A stretch of DNA of 64,000 nt. Source: the human T2T-CHM13v2.0 reference genome, Homo sapiens. How positions within the stretch are numbered: the stretch's first letter is position 1; each line of letters begins with the position of its first letter. Position numbers and translations under genes: made by a program. The notes under the pieces are model-generated. The model saw only the letters and a program-made list of their open reading frames with translations. It was not told where the DNA came from and did no database searches. The stretch lies in the NCBI RefSeq assembly GCF_009914755.1, contig NC_060932.1, one strand, 5' to 3'. Below, piece after piece: positions 1-13,900 of the stretch.

Positions 1-215
1 TCGTATAATTTCTGTTCTTCATTCTTTTAATGTGGTATATCACATCTATTGATTTTGTAAGTTGAAATATTCCTGCATTCCAGGGATAAATTTCACTGGA
101 TCATAGGGAATGATTCTTTTAGTGTGTTGTTGAATTTGGTTTTCTAGAATTTTGTTGAATTTTTGCATCTATATTCATCAAGAATATTGACCTGTCCATT
201 TTTTTTTGGTATTGT
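1..215 (-). mobile_element. Old L1 (L1M) ORF2 fragment
   Basis: Decayed antisense L1 ORF2 text (tttttgcatctatattcatcaagaatattg); boundaries approximate. Confidence 0.7.
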
Positions 216-625
216 ATTTGTTAGCTTTTGTTCCTATAGATATGAGTTACCAGCTGGTATAATTTCTTTATTGCAATACACCTTTGCTCCAACTACTTCC
301 TAGGTATAATATATTTTTAAATATATTGGGTTTTTAAATATGTTATGGCTCAACAATACATATAATTATATACAAAATTATGTACATATTGTTTTAAGCA
401 ATTTATTTTAAATTATTTAAAGACATAAAGGAGGATAAATATTCATTATTACTCTTTTATAAACACATAATTATCTTTGCCAGTGCTTTTTAAATGTGAA
501 TTGGAATTATTTTCTATTGTAACTTGCTCTTGGTCTAAAAAATTCCTTTAGTATCTCTTACAGTGAGTTTGCTAGCATGAAATATCTGTTTCTGTTTATT
601 TGAAATGTCTTTGTTTTACTTTCTT

Positions 626-906
626 TTTTCTTTTTTGAGACGGAGTCTCGCTCTATCGCCCAGGCTGGAGTGCAGTGGTGCGATCTCGGCTCACTGCAAG
701 CTCTGCCTCCCGGATTCATGCCATTCTCCTGCCTCAGCCTCTCTGAGCAGCTGGGACTATAGGCGCCCGCCACCACACTCGGCTAATTTTTTGTATTTTC
801 AGTAGAGACAGGGTTTCACCATGGTCTTGATCTCCTGACCTCATGATCTGCCTGCCTCGGTCTCCCAAAGTTCTGGGATTACAAGTGTGAGCCACTGCAC
901 CCGGCC
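626..906 (-). mobile_element. AluY-lineage SINE with 12-bp left-arm deletion (AluYc/Yd type)
   Basis: AluY-type gcaagctctgcc/catgccattctcc; gggtttcaccatggtc lacks the usual 12 nt; 14-bp TSD tgttttactttctt at 612-625 and 907-920. Confidence 0.92.
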
Positions 907-1789
907 TGTTTTACTTTCTTAAGATTAGCTTTGCTGAACGTATTATTCTTACTTGACAAGTTTTCTCTTCTCTCAGCACTTTGAACATTGTCATCCCACT
1001 GCCTTCTGTCTTCCATAGTTTTTGATGATATGTCAGTGGTTAAACTTACTGAAGCTTCCTTGTGCATGAGGAGAGTTTTCTTTCTGCTTTCAAGATTTGC
1101 TATTTTTAGGTCTGAGGGTGAGGACAGCAGCATATCTCTTTCAGAATAATGCCTGTGCTTTACAAGTGTTGCATTGAGTTAGGGTGTCCCTGGTCTTCTC
1201 TGTTTGCCTCTCCAGGCATGGTATCTGGGTTCTATGAGTGAACTGGAACAATGATGATCAGGGCCTAGTATCCATGACCTGACATACCTAGAGTAATGTT
1301 TTACCCTGCAATTTAAGACTCAGTAGAGGGGAAAGCTGAGCTATATCAGCCATACTTAACTGGCTTACAGTTTCAGCAAGATGGAGTATGAGGAATAAGA
1401 AATCCTGTTGGCCTACCCCTTCTGGGGAGAAATTATTGTCATAGATTGGGACCTGGGGTGGAAAAGAACCTCATCTTCTTGGCCACACCAGTCACGAGTA
1501 AATAATCCATCATTTTGAGCTGTGTAGTTGGGGGAAGGAGGGTAGGTCATACCTGAAGTGGTAAAAACTCTCGTGGGCCTTAACAAGATTTAGTAGATTT
1601 TCTTGAATATGTTTTTCTCCATTTTCTGTAAACCCTTAACATAATTTCTAGACACTGTAAGTTGTGTGTTCGCTTTTACAAATAATCCTTTGAGCAATTA
1701 TGGTTATTTTGCTGTTTGCTGCAGAGAGGGTCCATAAAGTTCTTCATATTACCATTCTGGAAGTGCTTCCAGATATTTTTATGATAAAA

Positions 1790-2020
1790 TGTAACATACA
1801 GACAAATACATTAAAATGTGTTCATAAATCACAATTTTAGAAGATTTTCATCATCACAGGAGTTTCCATTATGCCCTGATTTCTGGCATTTTAGTCTTCT
1901 CCATCCGTGGCCCTCACAAACCACTGTTTTGCCTTCTATCACTGTAGATTAGTTTTGACTGTGATTGAATTTTACGTAAGTGAAACTCATAATGTATTTT
2001 TCATACTGGTCTTATAAAAT
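1790..2020 (-). mobile_element. Old L1MC/L1ME 3' end fragment
   Basis: ccactgttttgccttctatcactgtagattagttttg resembles L1M 3' UTR; boundaries approximate. Confidence 0.5.
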
Positions 2021-2774
2021 AAGATAGAATTATACATCCCTTGGACATTTAGTAGAAAACTCATGTGCAACTAATTGGATAAGATGCATTTTTAATAGAT
2101 TAACTATTGATTGAGTTTCCTTAATGGTCACAACATTATTCTTTTTTTTCGAGTCAGATATTATATATTTCAAGAAGGTTATTAACATCACCCAGATTTT
2201 CTTGTTTTGTTTTCTTAGCTAAAATATTTGGCATAATGCAGAATGGGAAATATAAGTTATTTTTATTCATTACTAACTATGCTACCAACTTTTGAATACT
2301 ATTTCTCTGCCATTCTCTCTATTCTCTTAATCTGGAGATCCCCCAGTACATGTATTGGATTCTCTTACATGAACTCCACAGGTTTTAATTGTTTTTTATC
2401 TCATTTTTATCCCTGTATGCATTATGGGTGACTTTCTTTATCATCTTCTCACTTTAACCATTCCCAATAAGTTGACTGTTTATTAATTTTTTTAAATTTC
2501 AATTTTAATTGATTCTCTTCCACATCCACTCATTTTTGTTTTATTTCTATCAATTTTACTCTTTTTTAAAATTATACTTTAAGTTCTGGGGTACATGTGC
2601 AGAATGTGGAGGTTCGTTACATAGGTATACATGTGCCATGGTGGTTTGCTGCACCAATCAACCCGTCATCTACATTAGGTATTTCACTTAATGCTATCCC
2701 TCCCCTATCCCCCCACCCCCTGACAGGTCCCACTGTGTGATGTTCTCCTCCCTGTGTCCGTGTATTCTCATTGT

Positions 2775-5700
2775 TCAACTCCCACTTATGAGTGAGAACA
2801 TACAGTGTTGGGTTTTCTGTTCTTGTGTTAGTTTGCTGAGAATGATGGTTTCCAGCTTCATCCATGTCCCTGCAAAGGACATGAACTCATCCTTTTTATG
2901 GCTGCATAGTATTCCATGGTGTATATTTGCCACATTTTCTTTATCCAGTCTATCATTAATGGGCGTTTGGGTTGGTTCCAAGTCTTTGCTATTGTGAACA
3001 GTGCCACAATAAACATACGTGTGCATGTGTCTTTAGATTAGAATGATTTATAATCCTTTGGGTATATACCCAGTAATGGGATAGCTGGGTCAAATGGTAT
3101 TTCTAGTTCTAGATCCTTGGGGAATTGCCACACTGACTTCCACAATGGTTGAACTAATTTACACTCCCACCAATAGTGTAAAAGCATTCCTATTTCTCCA
3201 CATCCTCTCCATCATCTGTTGTTTCCAGACTTTTTAATGATCGCCATTCTAACTGGCATGAGATGGTATCATATTGTGTTTTTGATTTTTGTTTCTCTAA
3301 TGATCTGTGATGATGAGAATTTTTTAATATGTCCATTGGTTGCATAAATGTCTTGTTTTGAGAAGTGTCTATTCATATCCTTCACCCACTTTTTGATGGG
3401 GTTGTTTTTTTCTTGTAAATTTGTTTAAGTTCTTTGTAGATTCTGCATATTAGCACTTTGTCAGATGGATAGATTGTAAAAATTTTCTCCCATTCTGTAG
3501 ATTGCCTGTTCACTCTGATGATAGTTTCTTTTGCTGTGCAGAAGCTCTTTAGTTTAATTAGATCCCATTTGTCTATTTTGGCTTTTGTTGCCATTGCTTT
3601 TGATGTTTTAGTCATGAAGACTTTGTCCATGCCTATGTCCTGAATGGTATTGCCTAGGTTTTCTTCTAGGATTTTTATGGTTTTAGGTCTAACATTTAAG
3701 TCTTTAATCCATCTTGAATTAATTTTTGTATAAGGTGTAAGGAAGGGATCCAGTTTCAGCTTTCTGCATATGATTAGCCAGTTTTCCCAACACCATTTAT
3801 TAAATAGGGAATCTTTTCCCCATTGCTTGTTTTTGTCAGGTTTGTCAAAGATCAGATGGTTGTAGATGTGTGTTATTTATGAGGCCTCCATTCTGTTCCA
3901 TTGGTCTATATCTCTGTTTTGGTACCAGTACCACGCTGTTTTGGTTACTGTAGCCTTGTAGTATAGTTTGAAGTCAGGTAGCATGATGCCTCCAGCTTTG
4001 GTCTTTTGCTTAGGATTGTCTTGGCTATGTGGGCTCTTTTTTGGTTCCATATGAAATTTAAAGTATTTTTTCAATTCTCTGAAGAAAGTCAATGGTAGCT
4101 TGATGGGGATAGCATTGAATCTATAAATGACTTTGGGTAGTATGGCCATTTTTCACAATATTGATTCTTCCTATCCATGAGCATGGAATATTTTTCCATT
4201 TGTTTGTGCCCTGTCTTATTTCATTGAGCAGTGGTTTGTATTTCTCCTTGAAGAGGTCCTTCACATGCCTGGTAAGTTGTATTCCTAGGTGTTTTATTCT
4301 CTTTGTAGCAATTGTGAATGGGAGTTCACTCATGATTTGTCTGTTATTGGAGTATAGGAATGCTTGTAATTTTTTCACATTGATATTTTTGTATCCTGAG
4401 ACTTTTCTGAAGTTGCTTATCAGCTTTAGGTATTTTATCCTCTTTGTAGCAATTGTGAATGGGAGTTCACTCATGATTTGTCTGTTATTGGTATATAGGA
4501 ATGCTTGTGATTTTTTCACATTGATATTTTTGTATCCTGAGACTTTCCTGAAGTTGCTTATCAGCTTTAGAAGATTTTGGGCTGAGATGATGGGGTTTTC
4601 CAAATATATAATCATGTCATCTGCAAATAAAGACAATTTGAATTCCTCTTTTCTCACTTGAATACCCTTTATTTCTTTCTCTTGCCTGATTGCCCTGGCC
4701 AGAACTTCCAATACTATGTTGAATACAAGTGGTGAGAGAGGGCATCCTTATCTTGTGCCAGTTTTCAAAGGGAATGCTTCCAGTTTTTGCCCATGATATT
4801 GCCTGCAGGTTTGTCATAAACAGCTCTTATTATTTTGAGATCTGTTCCATCAATACCTAGTTTATTGAGAGTTTTTAGCATGAAGGACTGTTTAATTTTG
4901 TCGAATGCCTTTTCTGCATCTATTGAGATAATCATATGGTTTTTGCCATTGGACCTGTTTATGTGATGGATTACATTTATTGATTTGCATATGTTGAACC
5001 AGCCTTGCATCCCAGGATGCAGCTGACTTGATCATGGTGCATAAGCTTTTTGATGTGCTGCTGGATTCAGTTTGCCAGTATTTTATCGAGGATTTTCACA
5101 TCGATGTACATGAGGGATATTGGCCTAACATTTTCCTTTTTTGTTGAATCTCTGCCTGGTTTTGATATCCGGATGATATTGGCCTCATAACATAAGTTAG
5201 GAAGGATTCCCTCTTTTCCAATTGTTTGGAATAGTTTCAGAAGGAATGGTAGTAGCTCCTCTTTGTACCTCTGGTAGAATTCGGCTGTGAATCTGCCTGG
5301 CCCTGGACTTTTTGTTGTTGTTGGTGGTAGCCTATTAATTACTGCCTTGATTTCAGAACTTGTTGTTGGTCTATTCAGGGATTCAATTTCTTCCTGGTTT
5401 AGTCTTGGGAGGGTGTATGTGTCCAGGAATGTATCCATTTCTTCTAGATTTTCTAGTTTATTTATGTAGAGGTGTTTATAGTATTCTCTGATGGTAGTTT
5501 GTATTTCTGTTGGATTGGTGGTGATATCCCTTTTATCATTTTTTATTATGTCTATTTGATTCTTCTCTCTTTTATTCTTTATTAGTATGGCTAGTGGTCT
5601 ATTTATTTTGTTGATCTTTTCAAATAACCAGATCCTAGATTCACTGATTTTTTTTGAAGGGTTTTCATGTCTCTATCTCCTTCATTTCTGCTCTGATCTT

Positions 5701-6704
5701 AGTTATTTCTTGTCTTCTGCTAGCTTTTGAATTTGTTTGCCCTTGCTTCTCTAGTTCTTCTAATTGTGATGTTAGGGTGTTGATTTTAGATCTTTCTTCC
5801 TTTCTCTTGAGGGTATTTCATGCTATAAATTTCCTTCTACACACTGCTTTATATGTGTCCCAGAGAATGTGGTAGATTGTGTATTTGTTCTCATTGGTTT
5901 CAAAGAACAGCTTTATTTCTGCCTTCATTTCGTTATTTACCCAGTAGTCATTCAGGAGCAGGTTGTTCAGTTTCCATGTAATTGTGCAGTTTTGGTGAGT
6001 TTCTTAATCCTGAGTTCCAATTTGATTGCACTGTGGTCTGAGGGACTGTTTGTTATAATTTCCATTCTTTTGCATTTGCTGAGGAGTGCTTTACTTCCAA
6101 CTATGTGGTCAATTTTAGAATAAGTGTGATGTGGTACTGAGAAGAATGTATATTCTGTTGATTTGGAAAGGAGAGTTCTGTAGATGTTTATTAGGTCTGC
6201 TTGTTCCAGAGTCGAGTTCAAGTCCTGGATATCCTTGTTAATTTTATGTCTCGTTGATCTGTCTAATATTGACAGTGGGGTGTTAAAGCCTCCCACTATT
6301 ATTGTGTGGGAGTCTAAGTCTCTTTGTAGATCTCTAAGAACTTGCTTTATGAATCTGGGTGCTCCTGTATTGGGTGCGTATATATTTAGGATAGTTAGCG
6401 CTTCTTGTTGAATTGATCCCTTTACCATTATGCAATAGCCTTCTTTGTCTCTTTTGATCTTTGTTGGCTTAAAGTCTGTTTTATCAGAGACTAGAATTGC
6501 AATCCTTGCTTTTTTTGCTTTCCATTTGCTTGGTAAATATTCCTCCATCCCTTTATTTTGAGCACGTGAGATGGGTCTCCTGAATACAACACACCAATGG
6601 TCTTGACTCTTTATCCAATTTGCCAGCCTCTGTATTTTAATTGAGGCATTTACCCCATTTACATTTAAGATTAATATTGTTATGTATGAATTTGATCCTG
6701 TCAT
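2775..6704 (-). pseudogene. L1 ORF2 (endonuclease/reverse transcriptase), disrupted
   Basis: Fragments [47 protein letters not shown]; many stops and frameshifts; 141-bp internal duplication. Confidence 0.93.
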
Positions 6705-6767
6705 TATGATGCTAGCTGGTTATTTTGCCCATTAGTTGATGTAGTTTCTTCATAGTGTTGATGGTCT

Positions 6768-7789
6768 TTACAATTTGGTATGTTTTAGCAGTGGCTGGTA
6801 CCAGTTGTTCCCTTCCATGTTTAGTGCTTCCTTCAGGAGTTCTTGGAAGGCAGGCCTGGTGGTGACAAAATCTCTCCGCATTTGCTTGTCTGTAAAGGAT
6901 TTTATTTCTCCTTCAATTATGAAGTTCAGTTTTGCTGGATATGGAATGCTGGGTTGAAAATTCTTTTCTTTAAGAATATTGAATATTGGCCCCCACTCTC
7001 TTCTGGCTTGTAGGGTTTCTGCTGAGAGATCCGCTGTTAGTCTGATGCACTTCCCTTTGTAGGTAACCTGACCTTTCTCCCTGGCTGCCCTTAACATTTT
7101 TTCCTTCATTTCAACCTTGGTGAATCTGATGATTATGTGTCTTGGGGTTGTTTTTCTCAAGCAATATCTTTGTGTCATTCTCTGTATTTCCTGAATTTGA
7201 ATGTTGGCCTTTCTTGCTAGGTGGGGGAAGTTCCCTGGATAATAGCCTGAAGAGTGTTTCCAACTTGTTTCATTCTCCCAGTCACTTTCAGGTACACCAA
7301 TCAAACATAGATTTGGTCTTTTCACATAGTTTCATATTTCTTGGAGGCTTTGTTCATTTGTTTTCACTCTTTTTTTTTTCTAACGTGGTCTTCTTACTTT
7401 ATTTCATTGAGTTGATCTTCAATCTCTGATATTCTTTCTTCTGCTTGATCGATTCTGCTATTGATGCTTGTGTATGCTTCACGAAGTTATCGTGCTGTGT
7501 TTTTCAGCTTCATCAGGTCATTTATGTTCTTCTCTAAACTGGTTATTCTACTTAGCAATTCATATAACCTTTTTTCAAGGTTCTTAGCTTCCTTGCATTG
7601 GGTTAGAATACACTGCTTTAGCTCAGAGGAGTTTATTACCCACTTTCTGAAACCTACTTCTGTTCAATCTGTCAAAGTCATTCTCCATCCAGTTTTGTTC
7701 CCTTCTGGCAAGGAGTTGTGATCCTTTGGAGGGGAAGAGGCATTTTGGTTTTCGGAATTTTCAGCCTTTTTGTGCTGGTTTCTTGCCAT
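6768..7789 (-). pseudogene. L1 ORF1, disrupted
   Basis: ATG at 7789 (MARNQHKKAENS); C-terminal fragment contains AAREKG, LQARREWG and YPAKL; frameshifted. Confidence 0.9.
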
Positions 7790-9100
7790 CTTCATGGATT
7801 TATCTACCTTTGGTCTTTGTCAGAGACCTTTGGATGAGGTCTCTAAGTTCTGCTGATGTTGATGCTATTCCTTTCTGTTTGTTAGTTTTCCTTCTAATAG
7901 TTGGGCCCCTCTGCTGCAGGTCTGCTGGAGTTTGCTGGAGTTCCACTCCAGACCCTGTTTGCCTGTATATCACCAGCAGCAGCTGCAGAACAGCAAAGAT
8001 TGTTGCCTGTTCCTTCCTCTGGAAGCTTTGTCTCAGAGGGGCACCCAGCAGATGCCAGCAAGAGCTCTCCTGTATGAGGTATCTGTCAGCCCCTACTGGG
8101 AGGTGTCTCCCAGTTAGGATACATGGGGGTCAGGGACCCACTTGAAGAGGCAGCCTGTCCCTTATCAGAATATGAATGCTGTGCTAGGAGATCCACTGCT
8201 CTCTTCAGAGCTCCCAGGCCAGGGATGTTTAAGTCTGCTGAAGCTGCCCCACAGCTGCCCCTTCCCCCAGGTGCTTTGTCCCAGGGAGATGGGGGTTTTA
8301 TCTGTAAGCCCCTGACTGGGACTGCTGCCTTTTTTTCAGAGATGCCCTGCCCAGAGATGAGGAATCTAGAGAGCACAGTGTCCCTGCTGAGCAGCGTTGG
8401 GCTCTGCCCAGTTTGAACTTCTCAGCAGCTTTGTTTACACTGTGAGGGTAAAACTACCTACTCAAGCCTCAGCAATGACAGACGCCCCTCCCCCCACCAA
8501 GCTTGAGCATCCCAGGTCGACCTCAGACTCCTGTGCTAGCAGCGAGAATTTCAAGCAAGTAGCTCTTAGCTTGCTGGGCTCTGTGGGGGTAGGACCCGCT
8601 GAGCCAGTCACCAGAGGGAATCTCCTGGTTTGCCGGTTGTGAAGACTGTGGGAAAAGCGCAGTATCTGAGCCAGAGTGCCTTGTTTTTCCCGGTACAGTC
8701 TCTCATGGCTTCCCTTGGCTAGGAAAGGGAAATCCCCTGACCCCTTGTGCTTCTCTTGTGAGGCGACACCACACCCTGCTTTGGCTTGCCCTCTGTGGGC
8801 TATACCCACTGTCCAACCAGTCCCAATGAGATGAACTGTGTACCTCAGTTGGAAATGCAGAAATCATTCTGCATTGATCTCACTGGAAGCTGCAGACCGG
8901 ACCTGTTCCTATTCGGCCATCTTGTCAGCAGCCCCTGAACTTAATTTTACTCTTATGGTGTCTAATTATTTTGAATGGGTGTTAGGCCTTCACATAACTC
9001 TTTTAAAATTCCATGTATTTAAAAATCCTTTGTAAAGACAATGTTATTATTTTCATTGATGTGGTATATACTTCTCCCAAGGTCATGTTTACATGGGCTG

Positions 9101-9125
9101 GAGAGAGAGAGAGAGAGAGAGAGAG
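9101..9125. repeat. (GA)n microsatellite
   Basis: Directly visible. Confidence 0.95.
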
Positions 9126-9200
9126 TGTCAAATATTTTTGGATAAATAATTATTTTGGAGATGCTTCTTTAGTTGGCAGTTTGATCCCCCCTACCACTAT

Positions 9201-9231
9201 ACACACACACCCACACACACACACACACACA
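9201..9231. repeat. (CA)n microsatellite, one interruption
   Basis: Directly visible. Confidence 0.95.
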
Positions 9232-9771
9232 TTTTCTTTCTGCAGTTGTTTTATAATATTTCCACTTGGCTTCTGAGGTCTTAGTTCATAACTAGATCTT
9301 ATCATAGCTGTCTTGGACTTTTATCTTGTGTTAATATTGAATATTGCTAGTATCAAAGTTGTCAAAGTATAAAGCTTCATATATATAAACAATAATACCA
9401 GATAACCGTCAGTTTCAACTTCCTCACACATTCTTTTCTCCTCCAAACTTGGCCTTTGCTTATGAGTAGGAAAACCCTATTGTACTGCCTGATTTTGAAC
9501 AGTGAGCTTGGCTTTAGTTTCTTCTCATGTGATCTACTATTATTTCTTGTTATAAGAGATAAACTTCCTAGCCAATATCAGTTCTAAATCTGGACCACAC
9601 TTGTCGACAACTTTGGCCCCGCTTGCTGCCTTCTCTTACTGTTTTATTCTTGATCCACAGAATTGCCTTAGTAGTAATTTTTTAAATCTTCTTTACGTTT
9701 TACCTGTTACTACTGGGCATTTATATGGGGGTATTGGGGATTTAAAGTATGAATCCTAAATGCCATTTAAA

Positions 9772-10610
9772 GTTTTTAACAGTTTCATTGAGGTATAACT
9801 TTCATATTATAAAATTCACCCATTTTAAGTGTATAGTTGATGAGTTTTAGAAAATTTATACAGCTGTGTAATTATCATCACAATCCAATTTTGTAACATT
9901 TCCATTGTCCCAAAAGGTTTCCTCATGCCTAATTGCCTTACTTCTTGCTTTATTGCCCTTCTAAGTAACTGTTGATCTGACTTCTGACTCTTCAGATGTT
10001 AGCTTTTTCAGAAATTTTATATTAATAAAATAATTAAAAATATAGTCTTTGGGGTCTGGTTTTTCTCTTAGCATCATATTTTTGAGGTTAATCAATATCG
10101 TTTCATGTATCAAATTTGTTCCTTTTTATTATGAATTCCATTGTAATGGTTATATTGCATTCTGTTTATATCTTCACTAGTTGATGGATGTTTGGATTAT
10201 TTCTAGCTTTTTACTGTTATGAATAATGCTGTCATGATCATTCTTGTACATGTCTTTGTGTGAACATATGCTTGTATTCTCTAGAACAGATTTCCAGCAA
10301 TTTAAGTTGCTTTTCTATGGAAAGTGCATGGTATGTTTAAGAAACTTTTAAACTGTTTTTCTAAGTGACTATAGCATACAGCAATATATAGGGGTTCCTC
10401 TTTCTCTACATTTCTACCAGCATTTGTTATTGTATGTATTTTTGATTATAGCCTTTTTAATGGGCATTAAATGGTAGCTCATTCCCTAATGATTAATGAT
10501 GTTGAATAGTTTCATGTGATTGTATGGTTTCTGTGTATCTTCTGTAGTGAAGTATCTATTAAACTCTTTTGCCCATTTAAAAAATTGAATGGTTTGTCTT
10601 ATTAATAAGT
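9772..10610 (-). mobile_element. L1ME-type 3' end fragment
   Basis: ttgaggtataact...aaaattcacccattttaagtgtatag, a typical L1ME 3' terminus; boundaries approximate. Confidence 0.75.
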
Positions 10611-11189
10611 ATAATATCATCTTGACTGGGAGGCTCCTGTTATTTTTCTAATAACTTATTGTTCCAGCCAGATCATGCATGCTATTTCCTTCAAGCTAAA
10701 CTGACTCCCTATTTACTCCTCTAGGAGTACTATTCTCTTACAAAGATAAATTCATTTACTAAAACTCCTGGAGTACCTAAGTAGTGAATCTGAGTGTATT
10801 CATCAAATATGGCATGCTGGTTTTGCCAATAAATTTTGTTATTGGAAGATCTTTGCTTTTTATTGGTTTTTGAAATTACAAAATTGGATAGTAGTATATA
10901 GTCTTAGAAAGAAATCTGAGCCAATTTGAAATTATTTTTCCTGTCCATATGACAAGCTAATGAGACATGTAGCTAACTTCGCAGCACAGAAATATTCCCA
11001 AAGTGAGCTAATAATTTTAAAAGTCCACAAGGATTGTAGCTAATGCTAATGTCAAATGGAAAATTATAGTGTTTGGCAACTTCAGATTTGAATCAAATTA
11101 TTTAGATTTCTATTTGGTCTTGAGGTCTCTCTACCTGGCTTCCCAAAGCCCAGTCTGCTGCTAGGTCTGCCCCTCACCCCACTGCTTTT

Positions 11190-13075
11190 CTTTTTTTCTT
11201 TTTTCCTTTTACATTTAAATGACTTGTAGTATATCCACAGAATTGTTTCTGCTTTATCACAATCAATTTTGAAACATTTTAATTGCCCCCAAACAAGGCT
11301 CAATTTCACCTAGTCATCATTCGAAACTCCTTCAGTCCTCCCCAGCTCCAGCCACAGACAACCACTGATGTATTTTATGTCTCTACAGATTTTTCAATTC
11401 TGGACATTTAATACACTACAATATGTGGTCCCCTTGTGGCTGGTTATTTTACCTAGTATAATGTTTTCAAGGTCCATCCACATTATAACATGTATTGGTA
11501 GTTTATTTCTTTTTGCTGCCAAATAATATATTCTGTGGATAGATCACATTTTATTTATTCATCCATCAGTTGATGAACATTTGAGTTCTTTCCACTTTTT
11601 AACTATTACAAATAATGTGGCTATGGGCATTCATGTACCAGCTTTAGTGTGAATATGTTTGCTTTTCCCTCGGGTATATACTCCTGGGTCCTTTGGTAAC
11701 TCTATACTGAATCATTTGAGGAACTGCCAGACTGTTTTCCAAAGTGGCTGCACTATTTTACATTTACACCAGCAATGTAGGAAAGTTCCAACATCTACAA
11801 GTACCTTACCTTACAAGATTTGCAAAAATGTTTTCCAATCCTATGAGTTATCTTTTCACTTTCTCTATGGTGTGTTTTTTGAAGGCTGAAAGTTCTTAAT
11901 TTTTATGTTCACTTTAGGTACATTCTCTTTCATTGCTTACACTTTTTGTGTCATATCTAAAAAAATAACTGCCTAATCTAAGATCTCAAAAATATATGCC
12001 CATGTTTGCTTCTAAAAATTTTATAGTTGTAACTCTTACATTCTGTTTTTTTGTTAATTTTGAGTTCATTATTTTGCATGTGGGTATCCACTTGTCCCCT
12101 CACCATTTGTTGAAAGATTATTCTTTTCCCCCCATGTAATTGCCCTAGAATTCTTGTTGAAAATCAATTGACTGTGAATGTAAAATATTTATGAACTTGA
12201 TTCTATTCCATTGATCTGTATGTCTTATCCTATGCCAGTACTGCACTGTCTTGGTTGCTGCAGCTTTGTACTAAGTGTGAATCCTCCCATTTTATTCTTT
12301 TTCAAGAACTGTTTTGCCTATTCTGGGTACTTAGCATTTGCATGTGAATCTTAGTTCAGTTTATCAATTTCTGCAAATAAGTCAGTTGGAATTTTACTTT
12401 TTGTGTTGAATCTATAGATCAATTTTAGTGAGAATTGTGTCGAATCTGTATTTCCCTTTAACAATATTATACCTTCCAATATACGAGCTCAGGGATATCT
12501 TTCATCTCTTTAGGTCTCCTTTAATTTCTTTCAACAATATTTTCTAATTTTCAGAGTATACATTTTATATAACTTATTAAATTTATTCCAAAGTATTTTA
12601 TTCTTTTTATGCTATTACAAATGCTATCATAAGTAGAATTGTGTCCTAAATTTTATTTTTAGTTTGTTTATTGCTATGGCGTAGAAATATAACTCATTTT
12701 TTATATTGATCTTGTATCCTGCATACTTGTCAAGCTTGATTGTTAGCTCATACTTTTAGTGTATTTTTTAGGTTTTTCTATATACAAATCACTTTATCTT
12801 CAAATAGAGATAGACTCATTTCTTTCTTTCCTATCTGAATGCCTTTTATGTATTTTTCTTGCCTGTTGTACTGCCTAGAATCTCTAGTACAATTTTGAAA
12901 AGGAGTCATGAGAGTATATATCCTTTCCTTATTCCTGACCTTAGAAGAAAAGCATTTAGTGCTTCACTGTTAAGTGTGATGTTAGCTATGGTTTTTTAGT
13001 AGCTTTTGTTTATTAAATTGAGGACTTCCCTTCTATTCCTAGTTTCCTTCATGATTTTATCATGGAGGAATATTG
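11190..13075 (-). mobile_element. L1MB-type 3' UTR plus ORF2 fragment
   Basis: L1MB 3' UTR motifs (acaaccactgat, gaggaactgccagactgttttccaaagtggctg) continuing into ORF2. Confidence 0.75.
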
Positions 13076-13079
13076 AATT

Positions 13080-13380
13080 TTTTATTTTAGCTTTTTTTGA
13101 GATGAAAATAACTAACATAAAATTAACTTTTCTAAAGTGAAAAATCCAGTAGCATTGAGTACATTTACAATTTTGTGCAACTGCCACTGCTATCCAATTC
13201 CAAAACCTCTTCATTGCCCTAAAAGGAAATATGTAGCCACTTAGCAGTTGATCCCATTCCTCCTATCCCCTGGCAACTACCGGTCTTTCTGTCTCTATGG
13301 ATTCCCCTCTTCTGGATAGTTCATATAAATGGAATCATATAACATGGGACCTTTTTGTATCTGGCTTTTTTCATTTAACA
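13080..13380 (-). mobile_element. Second L1MB-type 3' end fragment
   Basis: gtagcattgagtacatttacaattttgtgcaac...ccctggcaactacc. Confidence 0.7.
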
Positions 13381-13383
13381 AAG

Positions 13384-13900
13384 TTTTTGTTATTGATACA
13401 TAATAGTTGTACATATTTATGGAGTACATTTGATATTTTGACACATGAATACAATGTATAATGATCAAATCGGAGAAGTTAAGATATCCATCATCTCAAA
13501 CACTTACCATTTCTTTGTTGGGAACTTTCCAAATCTTCTCTTTTAGCTGTTTTGAAACATATAATGTATTATTGTTAACTACAGTCACCCTACTGTGCTA
13601 TTGAACATTAAAACTTATTCCTTCCATGTAACTGTATTTTTGTACTAGTTAACTAACCCCTTCCCACCCTTCCCCACCTCTGGTAACCACCATTCTACTC
13701 TATCTCCATGAAATCAATTGTTTTAGCTCCCATTAACATAATGTCCTCTGGTTCTGTCCACGTTGCTGCAAATGACAGAGTTGCATTCTTTTTATGGCTA
13801 AATAATATTCCATTGTGTATGCATACCACATTTTATTTATTCATCTGTTGATAGATGCTTAGGTTGTTTCCATATCTTAGCTATTGTGACTAATGCAATA
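13384..13900 (-). mobile_element. L1MA-type 3' end fragment
   Basis: gatacataatagttgtacatatttatgg...aatgatcaaatc...ctctggtaaccaccattctactc. Confidence 0.75.

Larger units (their letters stand above)
2564..8942 (-). mobile_element. Full-length LINE-1, L1PA7/L1PA8-like, inactive
   Basis: 3' UTR and T tract at ~2564; ORF2 and ORF1 remnants; 5' UTR ending ggccatcttgtcagc; 12-bp TSD aattttactctt at 2552-2563 and 8943-8954. Confidence 0.95.
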
